A program made the translations under genes and the position numbers. The notes under the pieces were generated by a model, which saw only the letters and a program-made list of their open reading frames with translations, was not told the origin of the DNA and searched no databases. From positions 1 to 14,819 of the forward strand of contig CAYTLC010000047.1 of the NCBI GenBank assembly GCA_964438395.1: a stretch of 14,819 nt of DNA, written 5' to 3'. Positions 14,469-14,819 of this stretch are shown here, in pieces. Each line of letters starts with the position of its first letter. Within the stretch, counting starts at the first letter, position 1. This DNA is from an uncultured Candidatus Scalindua sp. Lineage in GTDB: Bacteria > Planctomycetota > Brocadiia > Brocadiales > Scalinduaceae.

Positions 14469-14819
14469 TTATTTATTCTTAGCTTTATCATTTATCACTT
14501 CTATTATGTGATCATCGATTTCTGTGAATTGAATTGCGAAACCATTTATGGATGTGTTCAGGCGTTTTTTTGATCGAATGATTTTTCCGGCACATATTAT
14601 TGAAGGGTGGGTATGAGAGAAACCTATTTTCAGATCCAGGGTTGTACCAACCTTCAGCTTTTCCAGGGTATAAAAGAAAATACCGCCGGCACTCAGATTT
14701 ACTATGGCTACCATATCCCAGTCATTATAATTTATGTCACCAATTGATTTAACCCTGAATCTTGTAATGTATGGATTCGCTATTCTTGGATGTTTCCTCG
14801 CTTCTGAAAACTTGTACAT
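14469..14819 (-). CDS. Stand-alone PilZ-domain protein (putative c-di-GMP receptor)
   Basis: 116 aa. PilZ signature RxxxR (RKHPR, aa 8-12) and (D/N)xSxxG (NLSAGG, aa 41-46), then a beta-barrel-like remainder. The ATG is the last three bases of the window (14819-14817), so upstream context and a longer N-terminus cannot be excluded. Confidence 0.75.
   Translation of the reverse strand: MYKFSEARKHPRIANPYITRFRVKSIGDINYNDWDMVAIVNLSAGGIFFYTLEKLKVGTTLDLKIGFSHTHPSIICAGKIIRSKKRLNTSINGFAIQFTEIDDHIIEVINDKAKNK

Noticed and set aside
14425-14511. Small + strand ORF (MKISGLAEAERKRIDYLFLALSFITSIM) after an A-run.
   Set aside because: It overlaps the 3' end of the PilZ gene on the opposite strand and has no convincing SD. 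The same sequence is better explained as the PilZ terminator region.
1-14819. Mobile elements, CRISPR arrays, tRNA/rRNA genes, prophage or defence-island signatures.
   Set aside because: I saw no transposase, integrase or recombinase motifs, no terminal inverted repeats, no regularly spaced repeat-spacer arrays and no tRNA-like cloverleaf candidates. The window looks like core chromosome.

Overview
About 40% GC bacterial chromosomal window with 13 protein-coding genes. I saw no rRNA, tRNA, CRISPR array, transposase or integrase. Left, + strand, 1-3762: three secreted or lipoprotein envelope genes whose domain order resembles a FlgT / FlgO / FlgP(LPP20) triad; the middle one also carries TPR and DUF4384-like segments. 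Centre, - strand, 3918-10225: a compact six-gene operon, read in transcription order as specialised ACP -> FabZ dehydratase -> catalytically complete KAS-II-type ketosynthase -> ketosynthase paralogue with every catalytic residue replaced (CLF-like) -> CrtI/phytoene-desaturase-like flavoenzyme -> cobalamin-domain radical SAM enzyme. A strong bidirectional terminator closes it. This is the most interesting locus. It looks like a type II KS/CLF-style acyl or polyene assembly line coupled to a desaturase and a radical enzyme. From memory it has the composition of a candidate ladderane-lipid locus proposed for anammox Planctomycetes, whose biochemistry is still unresolved. I cannot confirm the taxonomic origin from sequence alone. 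Right: a 513-bp AT-rich divergent intergenic region, then a Soj/ParA ATPase. ParA is followed not by parB but by a GTG-initiated, Met-free, Lys/Glu-repeat protein with one TM helix, a short coiled coil and a terminal Trp, a possible ParA cargo adaptor. After that come class I birA (its 3' end overlaps the adaptor gene), a Zn-dependent MDR dehydrogenase and a stand-alone PilZ protein at the window edge. All functional calls rest on motifs read by eye. No database search was run.
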